Of a stretch of 64,000 bases of DNA, positions 27,233 to 36,277 are shown in pieces (positions within the stretch are counted from its first letter, which is position 1; each line of letters begins with the position of its first letter). The translations under genes and the position numbers were made by a program. The stretch is from Mucilaginibacter sp. Lineage in GTDB: Bacteria > Bacteroidota > Bacteroidia > Sphingobacteriales > Sphingobacteriaceae. The stretch is from contig JAYRLR010000002.1 in assembly GCA_041905165.1 (NCBI GenBank), positions 235,859 through 299,858 on the forward strand. Direction: 5' to 3'. Under the pieces are notes generated by a model. That model saw only the letters and a list, made by a program, of their open reading frames with translations. It did not search any database and was not told the DNA's origin.

Positions 27233-27305
27233 GTTGGTTAAGTGGGCTTGTGGTTTTTAAATCTCACCTAATCCTCTCCAAAGGAAAGGACTTTTTAACA
27301 GATAA

Positions 27306-27379
27306 CGTCATTGCGAAAGTAGTGAAGCAATCAATGTGAATAATGATAAATTGCTTCTTCGTGCCGCATTACAATGACG
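27306..27379. repeat. Palindromic-element repeat, unit 4 (complete inverted repeat)
   Basis: CGTCATTGCGAAAGTAGTGAAGCAAT ... ATTGCTTCTTCGTGCCGCATTACAATGACG forms a long imperfect hairpin. Confidence 0.8.
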
Positions 27380-27406
27380 CTTTGGTTTTGCTGTTTGCAC
27401 AGCTGT

Positions 27407-27450
27407 CCTAAAAACAAAGAGCGATGGGTTTTAAACCTATCGCTCTTTGT
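27407..27450 (-). terminator. Rho-independent terminator of the porin-family gene
   Basis: The 12-bp stem ACAAAGAGCGAT / ATCGCTCTTTGT is extended by GGTTT/AAACC. On the minus strand it is followed by TTTTTAGG. Confidence 0.8.
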
Positions 27451-27476
27451 TGCAATGATTTATTAATCAATCCTGC

Positions 27477-28046
27477 TTAGAAGAACCTGAAGCCTACGCT
27501 CAAAGCCCATAGGCTTTGTTTCTGATCGAAGTAGTCGCTAACCTTGGTAAGGCCGCCTTCGTAACGCAGGTCAACAGTGATGTTGCCTATATCAACACCG
27601 CCACCGGCCTGGAAGCCCAAAGAGCTACTTTTGTAGTTTCTGAATGCGTCGCCAACGTTCTCTCCAAAACTACGGCTGTCACTTAATATAGCACTGTAAA
27701 CCGGGCCAGCAACTAGGTGAAGGTTTAAGTCTTCCTGGCCGAAAGATTTACCCACCAGCACCGGCACGTTTAATGTAGTGAATCGTACCTTGCCTTCTGC
27801 CGTGTTGTTTTCGTTGGCTTTAAATTTGCCGCCGCTGCTGCCCAAATATAGCTCGGGTTGTAAAAACCAGTTGCTGCCTACACGAACGAAACCGCCCACC
27901 TGGTAACCAGTAATGCTTGATTCTTTTAATTCATCAGCGTTAAGTTTAGAGAACGTAACGCCTGCTTTTGCTCCAACAGATACTTGCGCCTTGGCACCGA
28001 TAACGCCTGCCACCAGCACTGCAACAGATAAAATAAACTTTTTCAT
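27477..28046 (-). CDS. Outer-membrane beta-barrel (porin-family, OMP_b-brl_2-like) protein
   Basis: 189 aa with a signal peptide ending AKAQ, an alternating beta-strand pattern and the C-terminus ALSVGFRFF. Confidence 0.85.
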   Translation of the reverse strand: MKKFILSVAVLVAGVIGAKAQVSVGAKAGVTFSKLNADELKESSITGYQVGGFVRVGSNWFLQPELYLGSSGGKFKANENNTAEGKVRFTTLNVPVLVGKSFGQEDLNLHLVAGPVYSAILSDSRSFGENVGDAFRNYKSSSLGFQAGGGVDIGNITVDLRYEGGLTKVSDYFDQKQSLWALSVGFRFF

Positions 28047-28150
28047 TTTTGTATAATTTGGTTGAACATCTGGTTTAGATGCACCTTACCTAACAAACGT
28101 TTAATATTTTTGTGTTAAATTTAACCGGCTTTAACATTATAAACTCAACA

Positions 28151-28366
28151 ATGGCAGAGATAAGCATTAGCAATAAAGACTGGCAACGCGTTAAAATTAA
28201 GCTTCAGCGTAAATACAATCACCTCACCGATTCGCAGCTACAATATAACGAAGGGCAGGAGGATGACCTGATTAACCGGGTAATGCAACTGGTAAATCGC
28301 GACCGTGATTATGTGGTGTTCACCCTTAAAAAGGCGCTGGTGAATATTGATACCAACCGCTTATAA
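28151..28366 (+). CDS. Small hypothetical protein (71 aa)
   Basis: I chose the ATG at 28151 (MAEISISNKDW...). The protein is hydrophilic and the gene is followed directly by a strong terminator. Confidence 0.55.
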   Translation: MAEISISNKDWQRVKIKLQRKYNHLTDSQLQYNEGQEDDLINRVMQLVNRDRDYVVFTLKKALVNIDTNRL

Positions 28367-28374
28367 AAACTCAG

Positions 28375-28403
28375 GCCCTCCGGAAAAAGCGGAGGGCTTT
28401 TTT
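28375..28403 (+). terminator. Rho-independent terminator
   Basis: GCCCTCCG / CGGAGGGC with loop GAAAAAG is followed by T6. Confidence 0.85.
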
Positions 28404-28438
28404 GTACATTTATATTTTATAATCTGCACGTTGTTGAA

Positions 28439-30187
28439 ATGAGTACCGGACTAGCCAAAAACAAAAAATATAAAGTACAGCTGATCTGCGCCACCCTTAT
28501 CGCTGTTTGCATTGCTACCTGGAGCTTTAAGGATGACCTGTTCCAGATATCAAAAAACCTGGATGTTTTTGCCTCGCTCTATAAAGAAGTAAATATTAAC
28601 TATGTTGATGATATCAACTCCGCATCAATGATGAAGACCGGGGTAGATGCTATGCTGGAAAACCTGGACCCGTATACTGAATTTGTGCCTGAGTCAGAAA
28701 TTGAGGATTACAAGCTTCACTATGTGAGCACACAATATGGTGGTGTAGGTGCAAGTATTTTCACGAGAGATAACAAGGTTTATCTGTCTGACGTTTTCGA
28801 GGGTTTCCCAGCCCAAAAAGCCGACCTGCGTGCGGGCGATCAATTAGTGAGCATTAATGACATCATACTTAACGGAAAAAATAACGACGAGGTTAGCCAA
28901 CTTTTAAAAGGCCCTAAGGGGGCTGCGGTGAAGCTTACTATAAAACGTGGTGATGCGGCACCTTTTGTAAAAAATGTTGTTCGTGACGAGATTAAGCAGC
29001 CCAATGTAAGCTACTATGGCATGATGGCTAATAACACAGGCTACATTAAGCTGGATAAGTTTCTGGAACGTTCTGCCGAGGAAGTTACCAATGCACTTAC
29101 TGCTCTTAAAAAAAATAACCCCTCCGCCATTATCCTTGATCTGCGGTCAAACGGTGGCGGTATATTGCAGGAGGCTGTAAAGATTGTAAACCTTTTTGTT
29201 GGGCGCGATGTAAAGGTGGTATCGCAAATAGGTAAGGTGAAGGAAAAGAATTTTATTTACACCACGCAAAATGAACCACTGGAGCCTAACCTGCCGTTGG
29301 TTGTATTGGTAAATAACCGTTCGGCTTCTGCTTCGGAAATTGTGGCGGGTACATTGCAGGATCTGGACCGTGCCGTAATCATAGGGCAGCGCAGCTTTGG
29401 CAAGGGCTTGGTACAACAATCCTTTGGCTTGCCATATAACAACCTGGTTAAAATAACGGTAGCGAAGTATTACACCGCTTCAGGGCGGTGCGTACAGGAA
29501 CTGGATTATGCTCATCGCTCAAATGACGGCAGCGTGCTTAAGGTTGCCGATTCGCTCATTCACGAATACAAAACCAAAAACGGGCGCTCTGTTTTTGATG
29601 GCAGCGGCGTATACCCCGACCTGATGGTAGAGCGCGAAAAATTTGCCAGGGTAACCCAGGCATTGGTGGCCAAATTGCTGGTTTTCGATTATGCTACCTT
29701 ATATAAGAGCACCCATCCCACTATCACCAATGCCAAAGCATTCAGCTTGAGCGATGCGGAATACGATAACTTTGTAAAGTATGTATCGGGCAAAGATTAC
29801 AGCTATACCACTGTTAGTGAAAAATTGCTCAACAGCTTAAAGGAAGAAGCTACCAAGGAAAAGCAATTTAATGAGATTCAGGGTGAATATGAGGTGTTGC
29901 GCACTAAACTGCTTGCCAGTAAAAAGAATGATCTGACGCAGCACAAGCAGGAAATAAAGGAATTGCTGGAGAACGAGATTGCATCGAGATATTACTACGA
30001 AAAGGGCCGTTACGAAACCCACTTTAAATACGATAAGGAATTGGCCGAGGCATTGAAAGTACTGGGCAATCAGCAAACGGTGGCTGCCATACTTAAGGGC
30101 GAGGGAGCATATAAAACGATCGGCAAGCCTCGTGCTGATCTCGTAAAAAAGGATGCCCAAAAACAAGACGAGGAAGACGAAGATTAA
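28439..30187 (+). CDS. S41 family C-terminal processing (tail-specific) peptidase with PDZ domain
   Basis: 582 aa with an N-terminal TM anchor, a PDZ region (PAQKADLRAGDQLVSIND), the catalytic context NNRSASASEIVAG...GQRSFGKGLVQ and an acidic tail. Confidence 0.9.
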   Translation: MSTGLAKNKKYKVQLICATLIAVCIATWSFKDDLFQISKNLDVFASLYKEVNINYVDDINSASMMKTGVDAMLENLDPYTEFVPESEIEDYKLHYVSTQYGGVGASIFTRDNKVYLSDVFEGFPAQKADLRAGDQLVSINDIILNGKNNDEVSQLLKGPKGAAVKLTIKRGDAAPFVKNVVRDEIKQPNVSYYGMMANNTGYIKLDKFLERSAEEVTNALTALKKNNPSAIILDLRSNGGGILQEAVKIVNLFVGRDVKVVSQIGKVKEKNFIYTTQNEPLEPNLPLVVLVNNRSASASEIVAGTLQDLDRAVIIGQRSFGKGLVQQSFGLPYNNLVKITVAKYYTASGRCVQELDYAHRSNDGSVLKVADSLIHEYKTKNGRSVFDGSGVYPDLMVEREKFARVTQALVAKLLVFDYATLYKSTHPTITNAKAFSLSDAEYDNFVKYVSGKDYSYTTVSEKLLNSLKEEATKEKQFNEIQGEYEVLRTKLLASKKNDLTQHKQEIKELLENEIASRYYYEKGRYETHFKYDKELAEALKVLGNQQTVAAILKGEGAYKTIGKPRADLVKKDAQKQDEEDED

Positions 30188-30255
30188 TAAGCCTATAAAC
30201 CCTATCGTAAAACATTTAGAAAGTCGCACGATTTTAGGTGTAAGCTAATAAAGGC

Positions 30256-32097
30256 TTAGCGAGATAGCAATTTCAGTATTTTCTTGAATATCTCTATGTT
30301 TTGATACGTACCTGTAAATTCATTGGCGTGTGGGCCATAGGCAAATACCGGTACGTTAACACTTGTATGATCGTTTGTGCTGAAATTACCGAGCACTCTG
30401 CCTTCTTTAACCGACACATCAAGTAAACTTAATCCACCGGTTTCATGGTCGGCAGTGATAATTACCAGCGTTTCACCATCCTGATCGGCATAGCGCAGCG
30501 CTTCGCCAACGGTCCTGTCAAAGTCAAGCAACTCGGTAACCAGAAAAGGTAGGTTATTGGCATGACCGCCATGATCTATCTGGGCACCTTCGGCCATGAT
30601 GAAAAATCCTTTTTTGTTAGATGATAACAAGCGGATGGTCTCTTTTAGAGATTGGCTAAGCATATCGCCCCGGCCTTCCAATACCGGCCGTGTTGCAGCA
30701 TTATTAAGTAATACCGCGTGTTTGCCTGCATTGGCTTTACCGAGGTCGGCCAGGGTGGTGTCGACGCTGTATCCTGCATTATTTAATTGCGGGCGAAGGT
30801 CGCCTGCAGGATTGCTGAAAAAACTTTTTTGGTTAGAGCCTATTAATACATCAACATGGCTTTTTAAAAAGTCTGCAGCAATGGCAGCTGATGATGAACG
30901 CTCAATGTTATGTGCATAAAAGGCCGCAGGCGTGGCATCGGTAATATCACCAACACTTATAACACCACTTTTAAGGCCTTTGCTTGCTAATAAATCGGGC
31001 AGGTTAGCTAAGGATTTGCCCTGTGCATCAACACCTATATAGCGGTTGTTTGTTTTTTCGCCACATGCCATAGCGGTAGCACCGGCGGCAGAATCGGTAT
31101 TGTCGGAGTTAGATGCCCATGTTTCCGAAAATCCGCTGAAGCGGCATTGCAGTATGTTGAGTGCACCACGGTTGGCAGTTAAGCCGGCCTGTATTTCGGT
31201 TAGGCCCATGCCATCACCTATCAACAAAATTATGTTTTTAATTCTTTTTGCGGAGCCATCACTTTTATAAGTGGGCTCGTAGACAGGGTATGGTTTATCA
31301 TTAACAAAATCCAGCTTATCACGGTTAACCAAAAAATCATGCAGTTGAGCAGGATGGTCGGTATTCAGCCAGTCGACGCCCAACTTATTTAACTGTATCC
31401 ATGTGTTGGGGCTATCCTGCGTAGCCCAAAAGCGAAACGGTTTGCCTTTGGCATGTGCGGCGTCAACCAGTGCTTTCAGTTTTGCGGCATCGGGCGGCGT
31501 AGGTGTGCCTTTGCCGTTCCATTCGGTATAATCACTCAAAGCATCGCTGATCATGGCTACCCGGCTTAACTGGTCATCTGTGTAATTGATATTCGGCCGT
31601 CCATCAAAATAAATATAAGCCGGATAGTTCTTAAACTTGATAGGCTGGGGCATATCACCGCTGAGCACTATGCGTACGGTATGTTTGTTGTTCGCATTGG
31701 CAAAAACATCCTGATAAGGAGCCAGCTCCTTCAGCAGTTCTGGTATTACGTGCGCACGGTTTTCCTTAATGTCTATCACCAATTGCAGGTTTAACGTGCT
31801 GTCGGCATAGGGCCTTCCTCCGTTTTTGCGGAAGCGCTCGGCAAGCGGTTTCAGGTACATTTCGGTAAGTGTACGCCCGACCTCTATCTCTTTACGTTGG
31901 TGGGCTACGTAAAGCGTATTGTCCAGATAAAATACATCCGCTTCAATAGAGCCAGCACCGGCATAATAAGCCTGCAGAAAAGGAATGTTCTGCTTATAGT
32001 CGTTATGGCTGTGACCATTATTAAATGTGAGCCGTTGTGCCTGGCCGCCAAGGACGCCGGCCAATAACATACAAAGGGAAAGGTATGCGCTTTTCAC
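30256..32097 (-). CDS. Fusion protein: N-terminal PLC/GDPD-like phosphodiesterase domain plus C-terminal alkaline phosphatase domain
   Basis: 613 aa with a signal peptide. The N-terminus has HSHNDY...SIEADVF, a PLC-like phosphodiesterase signature. The C-terminus has alkaline phosphatase motifs DSAAGATAMACG (nucleophile Ser), IDHGGH and ADHETGG. Confidence 0.85.
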   Translation of the reverse strand: MKSAYLSLCMLLAGVLGGQAQRLTFNNGHSHNDYKQNIPFLQAYYAGAGSIEADVFYLDNTLYVAHQRKEIEVGRTLTEMYLKPLAERFRKNGGRPYADSTLNLQLVIDIKENRAHVIPELLKELAPYQDVFANANNKHTVRIVLSGDMPQPIKFKNYPAYIYFDGRPNINYTDDQLSRVAMISDALSDYTEWNGKGTPTPPDAAKLKALVDAAHAKGKPFRFWATQDSPNTWIQLNKLGVDWLNTDHPAQLHDFLVNRDKLDFVNDKPYPVYEPTYKSDGSAKRIKNIILLIGDGMGLTEIQAGLTANRGALNILQCRFSGFSETWASNSDNTDSAAGATAMACGEKTNNRYIGVDAQGKSLANLPDLLASKGLKSGVISVGDITDATPAAFYAHNIERSSSAAIAADFLKSHVDVLIGSNQKSFFSNPAGDLRPQLNNAGYSVDTTLADLGKANAGKHAVLLNNAATRPVLEGRGDMLSQSLKETIRLLSSNKKGFFIMAEGAQIDHGGHANNLPFLVTELLDFDRTVGEALRYADQDGETLVIITADHETGGLSLLDVSVKEGRVLGNFSTNDHTSVNVPVFAYGPHANEFTGTYQNIEIFKKILKLLSR

Positions 32098-32170
32098 GGT
32101 GTAAAGGTTAATGATGTTGAAAATTGGCAGTTTAATTTTAAATGCTCCTTAATAAGGCCAATCTAAATTG

Positions 32171-32818
32171 TTACTTTAGGCTTTTTTCAATTGAGCCACC
32201 GGTGCGCGATTGGATATGCAACGTTTTTGTACTCCCGGTACGGATGATATTAAAACTTAGTTCTCCTTCCAAACTATCAAAACCCTCTGGTGAATAATAA
32301 AATATAGATTTGTCTATTCTTAGCTCTATCGGCAAATAGTCGAATGTTCTGTAAGTTTCAAAACTATAAGTGGTACCTTCGTTACCTAAGCCGTATATGT
32401 AGCGGCGTACTTCATAACTACTTTCGTTACTCACAAACTGGAAAGAACGTTCAGTCTCGTATTCGCTTGAGGCAGTAGCAAAAATTAGCAGGCCGGGTAT
32501 TGCGATAATTATACCGGCGACCCAGCAGACAAAGGCTCCTGCCTTAAGTAAAAATGTAAAAGTATTTCTCCGTGCGTTTCTGTACGATTCTATTAAAATC
32601 GTTAGAAATAAGTATTCCAATCCAAAAGCTGTATAGTCAAAGTAGTCGCCTTTAACCGATACGCCGAATGCAAACAGTACGTTATGAATAACAAAGAAAG
32701 TAGCCAAGTAAACAAATAATCGTTTAGGTAGCACTAAAGAAAAGCCGTTTGCAATATATAGCCCTATAAATGGGAAAAATAACAGTGCTCCCTCAATTAG
32801 GTAATAAGGAAAGTTCAT
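32171..32818 (-). CDS. Hypothetical polytopic membrane protein
   Basis: I chose the start at MNFPYYLIEG (ATG 32818), 4 nt after the upstream stop. It has 4-5 TM helices and a C-terminal soluble domain, with no recognised motif. Confidence 0.6.
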   Translation of the reverse strand: MNFPYYLIEGALLFFPFIGLYIANGFSLVLPKRLFVYLATFFVIHNVLFAFGVSVKGDYFDYTAFGLEYLFLTILIESYRNARRNTFTFLLKAGAFVCWVAGIIIAIPGLLIFATASSEYETERSFQFVSNESSYEVRRYIYGLGNEGTTYSFETYRTFDYLPIELRIDKSIFYYSPEGFDSLEGELSFNIIRTGSTKTLHIQSRTGGSIEKSLK

Positions 32819-32822
32819 GTGA

Positions 32823-33227
32823 CTATGCCTCCATAGCGTCATATACTATTACCTTTTCCCACAAATGGCTGTAGTTCTTCACAAACTCAACATGTACAGG
32901 ATGGGTTTGGTAGGTGGCCTGCCCGGCAAGGTCGCTAAAGAAGATCAGTTCTGATACGCCCCAGCTGTTGTCTACCACATCGCGCTTCTCCGTTGCGGCT
33001 ACTACCCCCACATGCAGCTCGCGAACTGTCTCTATTTTGGAAAGTGTTTTTACGCCTTCCACCAGCTTGTTTCTATCTTCTACCGATGTCGGGTTTTTGA
33101 GCCAGAAAAATACGTGATGCACTATCGGATATTTATCTTTCATGGAAGGTAATGTTTTTGCAGATGCGGCCGCACCAGCCACCAAGGCTGATGCAGACGC
33201 TATAAATTTACGACGGTTGGCTGGCAT
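32823..33227 (-). CDS. Dabb (stress-responsive A/B-barrel) family protein with a twin-arginine signal
   Basis: 134 aa. The N-terminus NRRKFIASASALVAGAAASA is Tat-like. The rest has Dabb-like length and pattern (VHHVFFWLK...HVEF). Confidence 0.75.
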   Translation of the reverse strand: MPANRRKFIASASALVAGAAASAKTLPSMKDKYPIVHHVFFWLKNPTSVEDRNKLVEGVKTLSKIETVRELHVGVVAATEKRDVVDNSWGVSELIFFSDLAGQATYQTHPVHVEFVKNYSHLWEKVIVYDAMEA

Positions 33228-33235
33228 GCGGTTAA

Positions 33236-33727
33236 CTATTTTACGTAAACAAATTTAACACTGTCCTTTACGGTAACGCCGCTAATGTTTTGGCCGTTGT
33301 AAACGATAGTATAAGTACCCGGCTCGCTGATGGTGTAGCTGCGTAAAACATCGGCGGTGGTGCTTACACTATCATGCGGATTCAATTTGATGTAGCTGCT
33401 TTCTGGTGGCGGCATCATTCTTTTAGCCATCGCGCCCTGATAAGCCATTTCTGTTCCGTTCTGATCTTTAATATCAAGGTAACGGCTCATTGGCGGCTCA
33501 AACGGCGTATGCCATTGGCAAAAGCGCATAGCAGTATCTGCAGGGTTTTTTACCGTAAAATGTAGTATCACCGAATCGCCTATTTTGATGGTGTCTTTAA
33601 TAGCCATAGTACCTATAAGTGCAGTGTCTGCATTGGTGCTATCGGTTTTGCTGGCTGATTTGTTGCTTACGCCGCATGAAGCTAAGGCAAGTAGGGCGGC
33701 AGGTAACAGTAATTTGATGCTTTTCAT
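33236..33727 (-). CDS. Hypothetical lipoprotein
   Basis: 163 aa with the lipobox LLALASC. No recognised catalytic motif. It lies directly downstream of the TonB-dependent receptor. Confidence 0.65.
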   Translation of the reverse strand: MKSIKLLLPAALLALASCGVSNKSASKTDSTNADTALIGTMAIKDTIKIGDSVILHFTVKNPADTAMRFCQWHTPFEPPMSRYLDIKDQNGTEMAYQGAMAKRMMPPPESSYIKLNPHDSVSTTADVLRSYTISEPGTYTIVYNGQNISGVTVKDSVKFVYVK

Positions 33728-33783
33728 GCAACAAAGGTATTGCTTTTGTTCGATGTGTTTAAGCGGTGCAATGTTAAATTAAA

Positions 33784-36231
33784 CTAAAAACGCCATATTG
33801 ATTTCAGGCTCACGTTGCGCCCCATGTTGTAGATGCCCAGTCTGCCATTTGGCGAGGATTGATAGTACTCAAAATATTTTAGCCGGTTAAGGTTGGATTG
33901 GTATACCTTGTCAAACAAGTTAGCCGCCTCGACAAAAACATCTACCTTTTTTTGATTCGTGATTTTAATAGAAGAACCGAGGTTGATGTTAATGAGTGTA
34001 TAGCCCGGCGTAAAAGTTTCCGTATTGTCGAGCGCATAGAATTTATCCTGTTTGGCATACATATCGCCTTCTATGCCTGCATATAAATTAGAGAAAGCAC
34101 CGTATTGTCCGCTCAGTTTAAAACGTAACTCGGACCGCACATGCAGCGGCGGTATAAAAGGCAGGTACTTCGCTGCGCCGTTGGATTGCTCAATTAACGG
34201 CTTGTTTTTATTTATACCCCGCACAAAAGCCAGGCTGTTATTCAATTCGAGCCAGTTTAGTGTCTCTGGGTGTAGATTAAGCGTCAGCTCGGCGCCGTAA
34301 AGCCGTGCTTTCGACTGCTGGTATTGATAAGTGCTATTGCCTTCAACAATCACCACCGGGTTACCATTGGCATCGGTTAAGCGGGCCTGATAAATGTAGT
34401 TATCGATATTGTTGTTAAATACTTCTACCTGAATGTCGACGTTTCGCAGGTAGGCTATGAAACCAGCATCCTGTTGCAGGCTGAATTCGGGCTTAAAGCT
34501 GCGGTTACCAAGGTAAACAATGTGCGCACCAGGATCTAACCCGTTTGATCCTATCTCGGTGATATTTGGTGCACGGTAACCACGGGCAATGTTGGCTTTA
34601 ACCAAAACGCGGGAGGTGATGTTGTAGGTTAACCCGAAACTGCCCGAAATTCCAGTATAGTTGTGGTTAAACGCCGGGAATTGCAAATTTGCTCCTGGTG
34701 TCCTGGCGTCGGCCTTTTGGCCAAAGCCGGTTTGGGTGTTGGTACTTACATAGAAGTTGTTCCAATTAATATGGCGGTTATCATAGCGGATGCCACCTGA
34801 GAGGTCAACCTTACCAAGGCTCTTCTTAGCAAAAAGGTAAGTGCCTATATCGAAAAGGTTGTAATCCGGGATGGGAAAGTCAGTTGCTTGTTTATTGCGG
34901 TTGGTTTGGTAAAAGCCGTTGGCGCCGATAGTGCTTTCAATACCTGCGAAGGCAGGCAGGTTATACCGGGCCTCGTAGTTGCTGGTGTTAAGTACAATGT
35001 CAAGCGCGGCTTGCTTAATAGCTGTAGGGTGGGTGTATTCGCGGCGAATGTTTTGCTGCCAGCCAAATAGGGTGTTAAGGCTGCCGCTGCCAATCTTTAC
35101 CTGGTTTTGAGCATACACCCGGTAATGCTTTATGCTTTGTCTTAAGGGTGAAAGGCGATAAGTGCTTAGCTCATCATCAGGCACAATTGGGCGGTTCTTG
35201 ATGTCGTCGTTTTCGGCTACTTGTTTTGTAAACCGGCGACTAAGCGAATCGCGGCTTCCATCGGGTATTTCCTGGCTGTTATGGTACAGTGTTGCACCCA
35301 GCTGCAGGTAACCCCATTTTTTATTTGTGCGGGCGATGCCAGTAAAGTTCAGCTCGCGAAAGCCACTGTTGTACACATAGCCATCAGTTGCATTTCGGTA
35401 ATCATGCGCGGTTTTACCTGTCCCGCGGAATACATATTTCCAATCGTTGATTTTGTAACCTAAGCCGAGCGAGGTTGCCGCCATGCCATTGTTGGTATGG
35501 TATTCCGTCGTGAGGTCGCCCATCAGTCCGGTGCTGTCCTGCGAAACGTCAGGTATCATATTAATTACCCCCGCTAACGCGTCGGAGCCATAAGTTAAGC
35601 TTGCCGGACCCTTAACCACCTCTATGCGGCCAAGGCCATAAGCGTCTACCTCAATGCCATGTTCATCACCCCATTGCTGACCTTCCTGGCGTATGCCATC
35701 ATACAAAGTGAGCACACGGTTATAACCTAATCCGCGAATAAATGGCTTTGATATATTAGGCCCCGTAGTAACTGCATTTACGCCCGGAACGCCTTTTACA
35801 ACGCTTTCAATAATATTAGTACTAAGCTTACGCTCCAGGTTCTTCTTTGATAGCACCGCAACCGGCACCGGGTTTTTGCGTAGCTCCGTAGCACGCGATA
35901 CACCTGTTACTACTACTTCGTTAAGTTTTGACTCTATGGGCTTTAAATTGACGTTTAGTGAAGCGGTCCTGTTAGCCGTAATGCTTACTTCATGTACCTG
36001 CTGCTCGTAACCAATGCCCGAGAAGCGTATGCGATACCTGCCCGCCGGAAGATCCACTATTTTATAAATACCGCTGCCGTTGGTTGAGGTACCTGTGTTT
36101 TTTCCTACTACAGTTACGGAAACATTAGCCAAGGGAACACTATCGAGAAATACTTTTCCTTGTATGCCAACTGTTTGAGCATTGGCTACATGTGATGATA
36201 GTCCAAATACTACTAGTAAGATGTATTTCAT
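33784..36231 (-). CDS. TonB-dependent receptor with N-terminal carboxypeptidase-regulatory-like domain
   Basis: 815 aa with a signal peptide, a CarboxypepD_reg-like N-terminus (GKVFLDSVPLANVSVTV), a plug region (VEVVKGPASLTYGSDALAGVIN) and a C-terminal beta-barrel ending SIWRF. Confidence 0.92.
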   Translation of the reverse strand: MKYILLVVFGLSSHVANAQTVGIQGKVFLDSVPLANVSVTVVGKNTGTSTNGSGIYKIVDLPAGRYRIRFSGIGYEQQVHEVSITANRTASLNVNLKPIESKLNEVVVTGVSRATELRKNPVPVAVLSKKNLERKLSTNIIESVVKGVPGVNAVTTGPNISKPFIRGLGYNRVLTLYDGIRQEGQQWGDEHGIEVDAYGLGRIEVVKGPASLTYGSDALAGVINMIPDVSQDSTGLMGDLTTEYHTNNGMAATSLGLGYKINDWKYVFRGTGKTAHDYRNATDGYVYNSGFRELNFTGIARTNKKWGYLQLGATLYHNSQEIPDGSRDSLSRRFTKQVAENDDIKNRPIVPDDELSTYRLSPLRQSIKHYRVYAQNQVKIGSGSLNTLFGWQQNIRREYTHPTAIKQAALDIVLNTSNYEARYNLPAFAGIESTIGANGFYQTNRNKQATDFPIPDYNLFDIGTYLFAKKSLGKVDLSGGIRYDNRHINWNNFYVSTNTQTGFGQKADARTPGANLQFPAFNHNYTGISGSFGLTYNITSRVLVKANIARGYRAPNITEIGSNGLDPGAHIVYLGNRSFKPEFSLQQDAGFIAYLRNVDIQVEVFNNNIDNYIYQARLTDANGNPVVIVEGNSTYQYQQSKARLYGAELTLNLHPETLNWLELNNSLAFVRGINKNKPLIEQSNGAAKYLPFIPPLHVRSELRFKLSGQYGAFSNLYAGIEGDMYAKQDKFYALDNTETFTPGYTLININLGSSIKITNQKKVDVFVEAANLFDKVYQSNLNRLKYFEYYQSSPNGRLGIYNMGRNVSLKSIWRF

Positions 36232-36277
36232 GTTTTATGGTTGATTTGACAAATATATATTTTTATATAAACTATAA

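Noticed and set aside
26940-27400. The repeat cluster as a CRISPR array.
   Set aside because: There are only four units with irregular spacing. Some units are inverted or hairpin-forming, the intervening 'spacers' are themselves related to each other, and no cas genes are present in the window.
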